DNA from: Burkholderiaceae bacterium
Lineage (GTDB): Bacteria; Pseudomonadota; Gammaproteobacteria; Burkholderiales; Burkholderiaceae_C
Reading direction: 5' to 3'
NCBI GenBank assembly: GCA_039920745.1
Contig: JBDSDD010000049.1
Location: forward strand, 1,524 to 65,523
Length of the DNA: 64,000 bases
The translations under genes and the position numbers were made by a program. Positions 1 to 9,154 of this stretch are shown piece by piece. Positions within the stretch are counted from its first letter, which is position 1; each line of letters opens with the position of its first letter. The notes beneath the pieces were generated by a model. It was not told the DNA's origin. It was given only the letters and a program-made list of their open reading frames with translations, and made no database searches.

Positions 1-1
1 C

Positions 2-2356
2 TACAAGCCTCGATCCCTGGCGGTCGACGCCGCGCTCGGCCAGTTCATCGACAACGCGATGCGTGACGACCCGGTTGCCACTCGGATCCGCGTGCCACGC
101 GTGCTCGAGCGCCAAGACTACGGCTGGACCGCCTTCGTCGAACATCGACATGCAGCGGACGCGGCCGAACTCTCCTGTTTCTACCTGGGCATCGGCCACT
201 GGCTGGCCGTGATGCGCCTGGTCAGCGGCAGCGACCTGCACGCCGAAAACCTCATCGCCTGCGGTCCCACGCCGGTGGTGGTGGACTGCGAAACCCTGTT
301 CACGCCCCGACTGAAGGCCATTCCGACGGGCCTGGGCAATGCCGCCGATCGCGCGATGGAGACGATTGCCAGCACGGTTCTCAACTGTGGCCTGCTGCCC
401 GGACGCGGTGCGGGCCTGGGCTGGCGCGGGGTGGACAGCTCCGCACTGGGCTCGCTGCCCGGCCAGCAGCCCAAGCTGCGCCAATTGCAGATCCTGCACA
501 AGCGGTCTGACGAAGCCCGCATCGGCACGCACGAAGTGGACGCCGACCTGTCGCAGAACCACCCGAGCGCCAATCCCGTGCTCGCCGATCACTGGCCTTG
601 CGTGCTGCGCGGGTTCGACCAGCTCACCGCGCGCCTGCAGGCGATGGACGCGCGCGGCGAGATCGAGCCATTGCTGGCACCGTTCCGAGCCTGTCGCATT
701 CGCATCGTGCCGCGTGCCACCGAGGTCTACGCGGAACTCGGTCGCATGCTGTGGCACCCCGTGTCGCTGCACAAGCCGGAGGAGGCCGTGGCGCGTGCGC
801 ACGAGCTGCTGATGCGCATGGGGATGCGCGTGCGCGTCGCGCCGAGCGACCCGGCGGTCGTGGCCGGCGAGGTGGCCGACCTGCTCGACGGCAATGTGCC
901 GTTCTTCACCACCATCGCAGGCCACGGCGTGCTCGAGGCGCCGCGCGGCACCACGTGGATGCGTCCTTGCGATCTCGTCAGCGAAGCGCTTGTCAGCTGG
1001 CGCGCGGCCGACTTCGGTCTCGAGCGCCGCGTGATCCAGGCGGCCCTCGTGAGCGCCTACATCAACGACGGATGGATGCCGGAAGAGGTGTTGCTCAAGC
1101 CCGCGCGCATTCATGTCGACGGCCTCGACGCGCGGCGTCGCCGCCAGGCTGCCGGCATCATGTCGGAGCTGGTGGCAGCGGGCATCCATGGCGACGACGG
1201 CACGGTGACCTGGATCGCACCGATCCTCGGCCAGTCCGGATGGGCGGTGCAGCCGCTGGACCAGGATCTGTACAACGGCGCGTCCGGCACCGCCGTGCTG
1301 GTGGCCGCGTACCTGCGCGAGGTCGAGGCCGGACGGGCCGACCCGGTGCCCGGCGTCGATGTGCTGTTGCCGCAGTTGACCCGGATGCTTCACAACGCCG
1401 AGGCGCTGCGCGACCGCCAACGCAGCGAAGTCAAGAAGCCGCGGCCGGGTGCGCCCGGGGGCTTCATCGGCCTGGGCTCGCAGATCTGGGCCTGGTTGCT
1501 GCTGCGCCATTGGGACATCGAACCAGGTGCCGCGATCGAACGCGCCTGTGCGATCGCCGACTACATGCCCGATGCGGTCGCTGCCGACACCGTCAACGAC
1601 ATTCTCATCGGCAAGGCAGGCGCCGTCGTGCCGCTGCTCATGCTGGCGAAGGCCAGCGGTCAGCGCCGTTTCCTGGACATGGCGGTGGACATCGGGGACC
1701 GGCTCTGCGCGGCAGCGCTGGCCACCGGTGACAAGGTGCATTGGCCGCACTCGAGCGGGCCCGATGGCCTCGGCGGTTTCGCGCACGGCGTCAGCGGCAT
1801 CGGCTGGGCGCTGCAAAAGCTCGCCTCGGCCAGTGGGCACGAGCGCTTCGCGAACACCGCAGCCGCGGCGTTTCGCTTCGAAGATTCGCTCTATGACGAG
1901 CAGGAGCAGAACTGGCTGGACATGCGGCGCATCGACGGCGTGCGCACCGCGGCGGCCTGGTGCCATGGCGCGGTGGGCATCGGCCTCGCGCAGGCCGACC
2001 TTCATCCGGGATTGGTCGACGACGCGGCACGCACCAAGGTACGCCGCGCCGCGGCAGCGGCCTGGCGCCAGGGCATGGGCTGGAACCAGAGCCTGTGCCA
2101 CGGCGACTTCGGCTCCGTCGAACTGCTGCTGGTCGCCATCGACGCGGGCCTGGCGCCCGAGGGCATGACGCGCGAGTCGCTGCTGGCCCACGTCGTCGGT
2201 GCGATGGAAACACACGGGCCGGTCAGTGGCATCACGCGCGGCACGTTCTCGCCCGGGCTGTTGCCCGGCCTGGGAGGCGTCGCGTACCAGTTGCTGCGCA
2301 TGCATCCCGACAGTGACTTGCCGTCGCTGCTGACGCTGGCGGGAGGAGCGTTCTGA
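2..2356 (+). CDS. lanM: Class II lanthipeptide synthetase LanM (5'-truncated by window edge)
   Basis: Frame is open from base 2 (YKPRSL...). Dehydratase motifs DLHAEN, VDCETLF, RIVPRATEVY; LanC-like cyclase motifs GFAHG, WCHG, SLCHG. Confidence 0.92.
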   Translation, partial: YKPRSLAVDAALGQFIDNAMRDDPVATRIRVPRVLERQDYGWTAFVEHRHAADAAELSCFYLGIGHWLAVMRLVSGSDLHAENLIACGPTPVVVDCETLFTPRLKAIPTGLGNAADRAMETIASTVLNCGLLPGRGAGLGWRGVDSSALGSLPGQQPKLRQLQILHKRSDEARIGTHEVDADLSQNHPSANPVLADHWPCVLRGFDQLTARLQAMDARGEIEPLLAPFRACRIRIVPRATEVYAELGRMLWHPVSLHKPEEAVARAHELLMRMGMRVRVAPSDPAVVAGEVADLLDGNVPFFTTIAGHGVLEAPRGTTWMRPCDLVSEALVSWRAADFGLERRVIQAALVSAYINDGWMPEEVLLKPARIHVDGLDARRRRQAAGIMSELVAAGIHGDDGTVTWIAPILGQSGWAVQPLDQDLYNGASGTAVLVAAYLREVEAGRADPVPGVDVLLPQLTRMLHNAEALRDRQRSEVKKPRPGAPGGFIGLGSQIWAWLLLRHWDIEPGAAIERACAIADYMPDAVAADTVNDILIGKAGAVVPLLMLAKASGQRRFLDMAVDIGDRLCAAALATGDKVHWPHSSGPDGLGGFAHGVSGIGWALQKLASASGHERFANTAAAAFRFEDSLYDEQEQNWLDMRRIDGVRTAAAWCHGAVGIGLAQADLHPGLVDDAARTKVRRAAAAAWRQGMGWNQSLCHGDFGSVELLLVAIDAGLAPEGMTRESLLAHVVGAMETHGPVSGITRGTFSPGLLPGLGGVAYQLLRMHPDSDLPSLLTLAGGAF

Positions 2357-2400
2357 GCGCGGAAACGGCCCCCGTCGAACTCGAGACGCCCTACTGGCGC

Positions 2401-4248
2401 ATGGACGGCCCGACGGCCGGCTCCGCGGGCCGCTGGCTGGCCGTCGAGCGGCTCTGCATGGCCGTGCGCCCGGTCGTCGACGTGCTGGCCCGCGCCGCGC
2501 CTCGGCTGGCCGTGGCCGTCGTCGTGCTTCAACTGGCCTCGGGGCTGATCACCACCGGCGTGTTGCTGGCGAGCGCCGCGGCCATCAATGCGTTGCTGGC
2601 GCACGCGCTCAACGCCGAGCGCCTGCGCGCCGCGCTGCCGGCGATGATCTTCCTGGCGGTCGCCTTCACGATCAAGCTCGCGCTCGACGCCCTGACGACG
2701 CGCGTTCGCGCGGAGTTGTCGCCACGCGTGCACCGCATCGCGCAGGCCCAACTGCTGGAGGCCAGCCTGAAAGTGGAGCTCGCGGCATTCGACGACCCAA
2801 GCTTCTACGACCAGTTGCACCGCGCACGCGATCGGGGCGTGATGCACATGGAGACGGCGACCGACAGCCTGGTCGACGCGCTGGCCGCGCTGGTCGGCGT
2901 GGCAGGCGCCGCGTTGGCCTTGTTCTGGCTCGACCCTGTCCTGCTGCCGGTGCTGGCCGTGGCGCTGCTGCCGCAGGCCTGGGGCGCGTTCGCCGTGGCA
3001 CGGCTGCACATGGCCAGCATGCCGGAGACGGTATCGCTGAACCGCCAAGTGGACATGATGATCGAGCTCGCCACCGATCGCGACAACGCCCCAGAAATCC
3101 GCAGCTACCAGGCGCAGGACTATGTCAGCGCCGAATACGCGCGCAGCGCCGACGCGATGCAGGCCCACCTGGTGCAGCTGGGCGTGGCCGAGGCGCGGGT
3201 GCGCACGCTCGGCAGCGTGTTGTCGGCCCTGGGCGTGGCGTTCACTTTCGGGGTGCTGGGCTGGCTGCTGTGGACCGATCGTCTGCCGCTGGCCGCGGCC
3301 GGCGCCACGCTGTTTGCGGTGCGCACAGCCGGGCAGGCCCTGGAGCGGCTCATGCAAGTGGGCAGTTCGCTGTTCGAGAAAGGCTTGTACCTGGCCGACT
3401 ACCGCGCCTTCATCGAGCAGGCCGCGCAGCGCCAGCGCCCGCTTGCTGGCGCACAGGCCGCTGCGATACCGGCGTTGATCGAACTGGATCGCGTCGGATT
3501 CCACTATGCGGGGCGACGCGACGACCCGGCGCTGCGCGACATCTCGCTGAGCATCCGCGCGGGCGAGACGATCGCGTTCGTCGGCGAAAACGGCTCCGGC
3601 AAGACGACGCTCGCCAAGCTCATCGCGGGCCTCTACCAACCGGCCGAGGGCCACATCCGCTGGGACGGCACCGACATCCGCGACATCGATCCGCGCAGCC
3701 TCGCCGACCGCATCGCGATGGTGCTGCAGCGCCCCGTGCGCTGGCCGCGCAGCGCCAGCCACAACGTGCGCGTGGGACGCCATGCACGCGTCGATCCGGG
3801 CGACACTGCACTCAAGCAGGCGGCCAGCGATTCACGCGCGCAGGAGGTCATCGACCGCCTGCCTCAGGGTTGGGACACCTTGCTGTCACGCACGTTCCGC
3901 GGTGGCGTGGACCTGTCCGGCGGCCAGTGGCAGCGCCTGGCCGTGGCGCGCGGCCTTTTTCGCGACGCCCCGCTGGTGATCTGGGACGAGCCGACCGCCC
4001 CGCTGGACGCCCGCGCCGAGCACGCGGTGTTCGAGTCACTGCGCCAGCTCGCCCGCAATCGCACAGTCATCCTGATCACGCATCGCCTGGCCAGCGTGCG
4101 CAACGCCGACCGCATCTTCTTCCTGGAACGTGGCCGGCTGGTCGAGCAAGGCCGCCATGAAGACTTGCTGGCGGCCGACGGGCGCTATGCCGAGCTCTAC
4201 AAGCTGCAGACGCGCCTGCATGCGCTCGAGGCAGCGTCGACGGCCTGA
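2401..4248 (+). CDS. ABC exporter, fused permease/ATPase, no N-terminal C39 peptidase
   Basis: N-terminal TM helices; Walker A GENGSGKT, signature LSGGQ, Walker B IWDEP, H-loop ITH. Lies directly downstream of lanM. Confidence 0.9.
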   Translation: MDGPTAGSAGRWLAVERLCMAVRPVVDVLARAAPRLAVAVVVLQLASGLITTGVLLASAAAINALLAHALNAERLRAALPAMIFLAVAFTIKLALDALTTRVRAELSPRVHRIAQAQLLEASLKVELAAFDDPSFYDQLHRARDRGVMHMETATDSLVDALAALVGVAGAALALFWLDPVLLPVLAVALLPQAWGAFAVARLHMASMPETVSLNRQVDMMIELATDRDNAPEIRSYQAQDYVSAEYARSADAMQAHLVQLGVAEARVRTLGSVLSALGVAFTFGVLGWLLWTDRLPLAAAGATLFAVRTAGQALERLMQVGSSLFEKGLYLADYRAFIEQAAQRQRPLAGAQAAAIPALIELDRVGFHYAGRRDDPALRDISLSIRAGETIAFVGENGSGKTTLAKLIAGLYQPAEGHIRWDGTDIRDIDPRSLADRIAMVLQRPVRWPRSASHNVRVGRHARVDPGDTALKQAASDSRAQEVIDRLPQGWDTLLSRTFRGGVDLSGGQWQRLAVARGLFRDAPLVIWDEPTAPLDARAEHAVFESLRQLARNRTVILITHRLASVRNADRIFFLERGRLVEQGRHEDLLAADGRYAELYKLQTRLHALEAASTA

Positions 4249-4484
4249 CGCCTGCATTCGCGCCTCCTTCTCGCGCGCAGCGCCGAAGCCGCCGCTCGGG
4301 CATTGGGGCCAGGCCGGCCTTGGAGGCCAACCGCTGGTCAGCGGCAGAGTCAGCACAGGACGTCCGGGCAGCAAAGCGACGGCGCCAGAAGAAGGCACAT
4401 ACTCCCTGCCTGGGGGCGCCTGCATCTCGTCAAGTTGCTGCGCCCCGCCGCCACTGTTCTTGCGCTCAACGTCCACGATTGCCC

Positions 4485-5639
4485 ATGCGACTCTCAGAAT
4501 TCATTTTGACCCATCGTGAGGCCATCCTGGCTGACTGGGTGGAGTTCGCGCGCACGCGGTTGGCAGTGACCCATGGCATGAGCGAGCTGGCACTGCGCGA
4601 CGACGCCGAGGACATCCTGACGGAGGTCGCCCGGGACATGCTCAGTCCGCAGGGAAGCTCGCGTCAGCTCGCCAAATCCCAAGGCATGAACGCGGACGAA
4701 GTCAGTGAACTCGACGAACCGGCCAGAGCGCACGCGCTGCAGCGAGCCCGAAGCGGATTCGAGGTGAATCAGATGGTGGCCGAATATCGTGCGTTGCGGG
4801 CGACGGTGCTGCGCCTCTGGAGCCGCAGTCCGCGTCTGGTCTCCGTCGAAGACATCGACGATGTGACGCGATTCAACGAGGCCATCGACGAGGCATTGGC
4901 AACATCGCTGAGACACTTCGTCACGGAGGTGGACCGAGCTCGCAATCTGTTCCTGGGCGTCCTGGGTCACGACTTGCGCACACCGCTGAGCACCATCGTC
5001 AACTGCGCGAAGACATTGGAACTGCAGCATCCCGAGGGGCACAACGGGGCACAGGCGATTCTTCGCAGCGCCGGCAAGATGAAGTCACTCGTCGATGTCG
5101 TCCTGGCCTACACGCGCAAGAGCCTGGGCGTCACCCTGCCCATCAAACCCGAGGAGATGCTGCTGGAAGATGTCGTACGGGATGCCGTGCAGGAGCTCGA
5201 ACACGCGATCCCTGGGCGGCAGATCGACTACACCAGCGTTGGCGACTCGACGGGCCAATGGGACCGACTGCGCATGGGACAGATGGTGTCCAACGTGGTT
5301 GGAAACGCCTTGAAGTATGGAACCGCCGGGCAAGCTGTGACGGTCACGCTGGATGCGTCGGATCGCGACGAAATCGTCCTCCAGGTCCGCAATCTCGGCT
5401 CCCCGATTCCAGATGCGATGCTCAACGACATCTTCGAGCCGCTGGTGCGCGGAACCAACGTCGTCGGTCATCAGCACGCAGGCGGAGCCGACATGGGATT
5501 GGGCCTGTACATCGCACGCGAGGTGGTTTCAGCCCATCTGGGTTCGATACGGGCCACCTCGTCGGACGAAGCTGGAACTGTCTTCGAGATCCGGTTGCCC
5601 AAGGGAACGATCTGGACGGATGGCGGCTTCGAAAGCTGA
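4485..5639 (+). CDS. Sensor histidine kinase with RsbRD_N-like N-terminal domain
   Basis: MRLSEFI...ILADW...HA..R..SGF N-terminus; H-box GHDLRTPL, N-box NVVGNALKY, G-box GLGLYI. Start chosen at ATG 4485. Confidence 0.85.
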   Translation: MRLSEFILTHREAILADWVEFARTRLAVTHGMSELALRDDAEDILTEVARDMLSPQGSSRQLAKSQGMNADEVSELDEPARAHALQRARSGFEVNQMVAEYRALRATVLRLWSRSPRLVSVEDIDDVTRFNEAIDEALATSLRHFVTEVDRARNLFLGVLGHDLRTPLSTIVNCAKTLELQHPEGHNGAQAILRSAGKMKSLVDVVLAYTRKSLGVTLPIKPEEMLLEDVVRDAVQELEHAIPGRQIDYTSVGDSTGQWDRLRMGQMVSNVVGNALKYGTAGQAVTVTLDASDRDEIVLQVRNLGSPIPDAMLNDIFEPLVRGTNVVGHQHAGGADMGLGLYIAREVVSAHLGSIRATSSDEAGTVFEIRLPKGTIWTDGGFES

Positions 5640-5747
5640 ACGTCCCACGCCAAGGCTTCAAGGCGTCTCGATTGACGACGCCTGGCTCCGGCGCCCTCAA
5701 GCGGACGCTCGAGCGTGTGCGTCGGGGCCCGGGCCAGGCGTTGCCTC

Positions 5748-6920
5748 TCAACGATTCGCCGTCCCCGTCACCTCGACATCCACACGACGATCCGGCTGCA
5801 GGCAGGCGATCAGCTTGGCGCTTGGCTTGTTGCCACGGCAATCCTCCGTCTTCGTTACCGGTTGAGTCTCGCCCTTGCCGATCGTCACGATTTTTGCCGA
5901 ATCGATGCCGCCCGGCCCGGCCAGGTAGGCCTTGACCGCCTCCGCGCGTCGTTGCGACAGCTTCTCGTTGTAGGCGGAGGTGCCCAGTCGATCGGTGTGG
6001 CCCTCGACGGTGATTCGCTCGAACTGCATGCCACGCAGTTCCTGCGCGAAGGTGTTCAGGGCCTCGTCGCCCTTCGTCGTGATCGTGAAACGATCAAAGG
6101 CGAACAGCGTGTCGGCCGCAAAGCTGACGCGGCGCGGGGGCGCCGGCGGCATCGGAGGCGGGGGCGGCGGCGGGGGCGCCATCACGGCCACCGGCGGCGG
6201 GGGCGGCGGCGCAGCGGGCGGTGCCTCGTAGACCTGGGCGACCAGCGGGTGTTCGACCGGCGCGGCGCCGCGTCCGAACGCCCAGACCAGGCCGGCGGAG
6301 AACACGTTGACGTCGCCATGGTTGCCCACCGCATCGTTGACACGATAGCGCTCGGCCTCGCCGCGCAGCATCAAGTTGCGGGTCAGGGCGTACTGCAGGC
6401 CGGCGCCGACCTTGTAGTTGAGCGCGCTCTTGCTCGGATTCGGATCGAGCGCCACCACCGCCCCGGTGCCGCGGAACGTGTCGTGCGCGGTGGCGTACTG
6501 GCCACCGACGCGACCGATGACGGACAGGTTCTCGTAGATCGGCAGCGTGCCGACCAGGTCCAGGTTCAGTCCGTGCAGGCGGATGCGCCCGTCGAGCGTG
6601 CCCGCGGGCACGGTCGTGGAGGTGAAGCCGAATCGACCCAGGCTGAAGTAGCCGCCCTCGAGGCCGACGTAGCGATTGAACTGGTAGCCGGCGAAGGCCT
6701 TCCACGCCTTGTCCTTTTCATCGCGCGTCATCGACGACGTGACCAGCCCCTGGGACAGCAGTTCGGCATTGATGCGGGGCTCGTCGATCTTGGCCCGCGA
6801 TTGGCCGAACGAGCCACCGAGATAGAAATAGCCGGGCTCGTCCTGGGCCAAGGCAGGGGCTGCGAACAGGGAGGCCAGGCCGGCGAGGCCCGCCAGGCGA
6901 AATGCGACGAGGGACTTCAT
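5748..6920 (-). CDS. OmpA-family protein (N-terminal beta-barrel, Pro-rich linker, C-terminal peptidoglycan-binding domain)
   Basis: Signal peptide MKSLVAFRLAG...ALA; barrel strands (GYQFNRYVGLEGGY); poly-Pro linker; VEGHTDRLG...NEKLSQRRA...DRRVDVEV. Confidence 0.92.
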   Translation of the reverse strand: MKSLVAFRLAGLAGLASLFAAPALAQDEPGYFYLGGSFGQSRAKIDEPRINAELLSQGLVTSSMTRDEKDKAWKAFAGYQFNRYVGLEGGYFSLGRFGFTSTTVPAGTLDGRIRLHGLNLDLVGTLPIYENLSVIGRVGGQYATAHDTFRGTGAVVALDPNPSKSALNYKVGAGLQYALTRNLMLRGEAERYRVNDAVGNHGDVNVFSAGLVWAFGRGAAPVEHPLVAQVYEAPPAAPPPPPPVAVMAPPPPPPPPMPPAPPRRVSFAADTLFAFDRFTITTKGDEALNTFAQELRGMQFERITVEGHTDRLGTSAYNEKLSQRRAEAVKAYLAGPGGIDSAKIVTIGKGETQPVTKTEDCRGNKPSAKLIACLQPDRRVDVEVTGTANR

Positions 6921-6976
6921 GATGGGCTTTCTGACGATGGACAGGCGCGTGGGGCTGAGCGAGGCGTGGCGGCGCA

Positions 6977-8842
6977 TCACGGCGCCACGATCGTCGTGTT
7001 GACCAGCGTCACCGAGGCCGTGAGGCCGATTGCGCGGCCCACCAGCGTCGTCTGGATGGTCTGGCCAGCGGTCGAGATCGTCACGCCGGCCGGCGCGATG
7101 ATCGTGCCCACCATCAGGCTGCCGGTCTCGATGCGGGCGGCACTGCCGACTTGCCAGAAGACATTGGCGGCGCGCGCGCCGTTGATCAGCATCACGTGGC
7201 GCGGCGTGGCGGGCAGGCCCACCGTCAGTGCCGAGGCGCTCTGGAACACCCACGTCGCGTTGGCATCGCCCTGGGCGTCGAGCACCAGGTCACCGGTGGT
7301 GATGTCGAACGTTCCCAGGGCCGACGTGTAGGTGCCCGGCAGCAGTGTCTGGCCGCCAAGTTGGCCGGCACCCGGGTCGCTGCCAGGAGGCATCGCAGCC
7401 AGTGCGTTGTAGGCGGCCTGTGCATCGGCACGCGCCTGCGTGGCGATGGCCATCGTGGCCGGCGTGCCCGGTGCGGGCGGCGCGCAGTTGATCGCACCGT
7501 TGACTGCGCCGACGTTGAGCGGGGTTTGCGTGTAGACGTGCAGCGAGTCGTGGAAGCCGGTCACCAGCGTGCAGGCGGCCGTTGTTCCGAGGTCGCCCTG
7601 GACAACCGTGTTGATGCCCTGGTTGGTGACACCCGCGCCGCCACCGAAGGCGCCGAAGGTGGCCGCGCCACCGAGCGCCACCGCCGGCGTGCAGGCTTGC
7701 GTGCCGGTGCTGAAGCTCCAGACCTTGGCCATGGCCAGCGGGTTGCCGGCCAGGTCCGTCGCGCCGGTGGTGATCGTCGCCACGAACGTGGTGCTGGGCG
7801 CGAAGCCGGCCGCGTCAGTCGGCACGAAGGTGGCGAGCATGGCGACCGCGTCGTAGGACACGGTACCCGGTACCGCGACGCCGCCGGCCGTCACGCTGAA
7901 CGTGGCGGCGTTGATGGTGGTCGGGTCCATGGCTTCGCTGAACGAGGCGGTGAGGGTCTTCGTCAGGCAATTGCCGACACTGGTGTCCGCCGGGTTGACC
8001 GACAGGATGGTCGGCGCGGTGACGTCACCGATGGCCGAGGTGGTGAAGGTCCACACATGGTCGCTTGCCGCGGGCAGCATCGACGCGTCCCCGGCCAGGC
8101 CATTGCCGGCGAGATCGGTCGCCGCCGACGTGATCGTGGCGGTGAACAGCGTGTTGCTGGCCAGTGGCGACGTCGTCGGCGTGAAGGTGGCCGTGCGCGA
8201 CGCCACCGAGTAGTTGACCGTGCCGACGACGGCCGTGCCCAGCGTCGTGTTCGTGAGCTTGAAGGTGGTGGCGGACAGGCTGGCCGGTGCCATGTCTTCG
8301 CTGAAGGCCGCGGTGATGCGGGTGTTCGGGGGCGTGGCGGCGGCTGCGTTCACGGGCACCGTGACGATGACGCTGGGACGCGTGACGTCACCCGACGCCG
8401 CTGTCTGGAAGCTCCAGGTGAACGGCAGCGCCAGCGCGACGCCGGTGGTATCGGTGACGCTGGTGCTCAACGTCGCCGAGCACAGCGTGTTCGCGGGCAG
8501 TGCCGCGTTGGGCGTCAGGATCGCCGTGTTCGTGGCGGCGTCGTAGGTCACCGCGGCAGCGACGGCCGAGCCGGTCGGGCAGGCCAGCGTGAAGCTGGTC
8601 GCGGTCACCGTGGCCGCGGAAATCGGCTTGCTGAACGTGGCACGCACATCACTGGAGGTGGCGACGCCGCTGACCACCGGCGAAGTGGCGGCCGGTACCG
8701 TCGACGTCACGCTCGGGCGCACGCTGACGCCCGGTGCGCCCAGGATCGGATCCGTGCCGCCGGAACAGCCCGCGACGAGGACCGCGAGCAAGGCAGGCAG
8801 CCACGCTCCGGGGAAGGTATTGAAACGCAGAAGTCGGGTCAT
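6977..8842 (-). CDS. Lipoprotein with three Ig-like (Big_5/SbsA-type) repeats and a C-terminal DUF3494 ice-binding-like domain
   Basis: Lipobox LVAGC; three repeats of P.V..V.P...ATFS..M..(T/S)F.L; DUF3494 motifs TLLPGTY, DAQGDANATWVFQ, ANVFWQVGS, GTIIA. Confidence 0.88.
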   Translation of the reverse strand: MTRLLRFNTFPGAWLPALLAVLVAGCSGGTDPILGAPGVSVRPSVTSTVPAATSPVVSGVATSSDVRATFSKPISAATVTATSFTLACPTGSAVAAAVTYDAATNTAILTPNAALPANTLCSATLSTSVTDTTGVALALPFTWSFQTAASGDVTRPSVIVTVPVNAAAATPPNTRITAAFSEDMAPASLSATTFKLTNTTLGTAVVGTVNYSVASRTATFTPTTSPLASNTLFTATITSAATDLAGNGLAGDASMLPAASDHVWTFTTSAIGDVTAPTILSVNPADTSVGNCLTKTLTASFSEAMDPTTINAATFSVTAGGVAVPGTVSYDAVAMLATFVPTDAAGFAPSTTFVATITTGATDLAGNPLAMAKVWSFSTGTQACTPAVALGGAATFGAFGGGAGVTNQGINTVVQGDLGTTAACTLVTGFHDSLHVYTQTPLNVGAVNGAINCAPPAPGTPATMAIATQARADAQAAYNALAAMPPGSDPGAGQLGGQTLLPGTYTSALGTFDITTGDLVLDAQGDANATWVFQSASALTVGLPATPRHVMLINGARAANVFWQVGSAARIETGSLMVGTIIAPAGVTISTAGQTIQTTLVGRAIGLTASVTLVNTTIVAP

Positions 8843-9154
8843 AGCGGTCTCGCCTTGGTATCTTGATTCGATGCAGGACGCATCGAGCAGCCCCGAAAAG
8901 GGACTGTGCCTTGTCGTGCCGGAACAGATCTCCGGACACTTGAGCGAATGAACCGCGCACGACGCGCCTGAGCGTCCTCATCGACGTCCGAGGCGTCGAT
9001 GTTGCTGTCTTGTTCTCACGAAGGTCAGCAGGGCAGGCAGCGTGCCCGCCCGTGGAAAGGTCGTCGCTGCGCGGCCGCCGGCCTCCTGCGCGTGAGCCAG
9101 CGACCGCGAAGCACCGTGCTGCAGCGCAGCCGATGGCGACAGGGAGTTGCGGCC

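Noticed and set aside
4340-4420. Possible c-di-GMP-I riboswitch (GTCAGCACAGG...GCAAAGC)
   Set aside because: Only short words match; the GCAAAC-N-GAAA-N stem of the aptamer is absent.
4320-4484. Longer N-terminus of the histidine kinase in the ORF track
   Set aside because: Reads as non-protein-like sequence; the family-like start is MRLSEFI at 4485.
6130-6225. GGC/CCG microsatellite-like run
   Set aside because: Encodes the Pro-rich linker of OmpA; not an independent repeat element.
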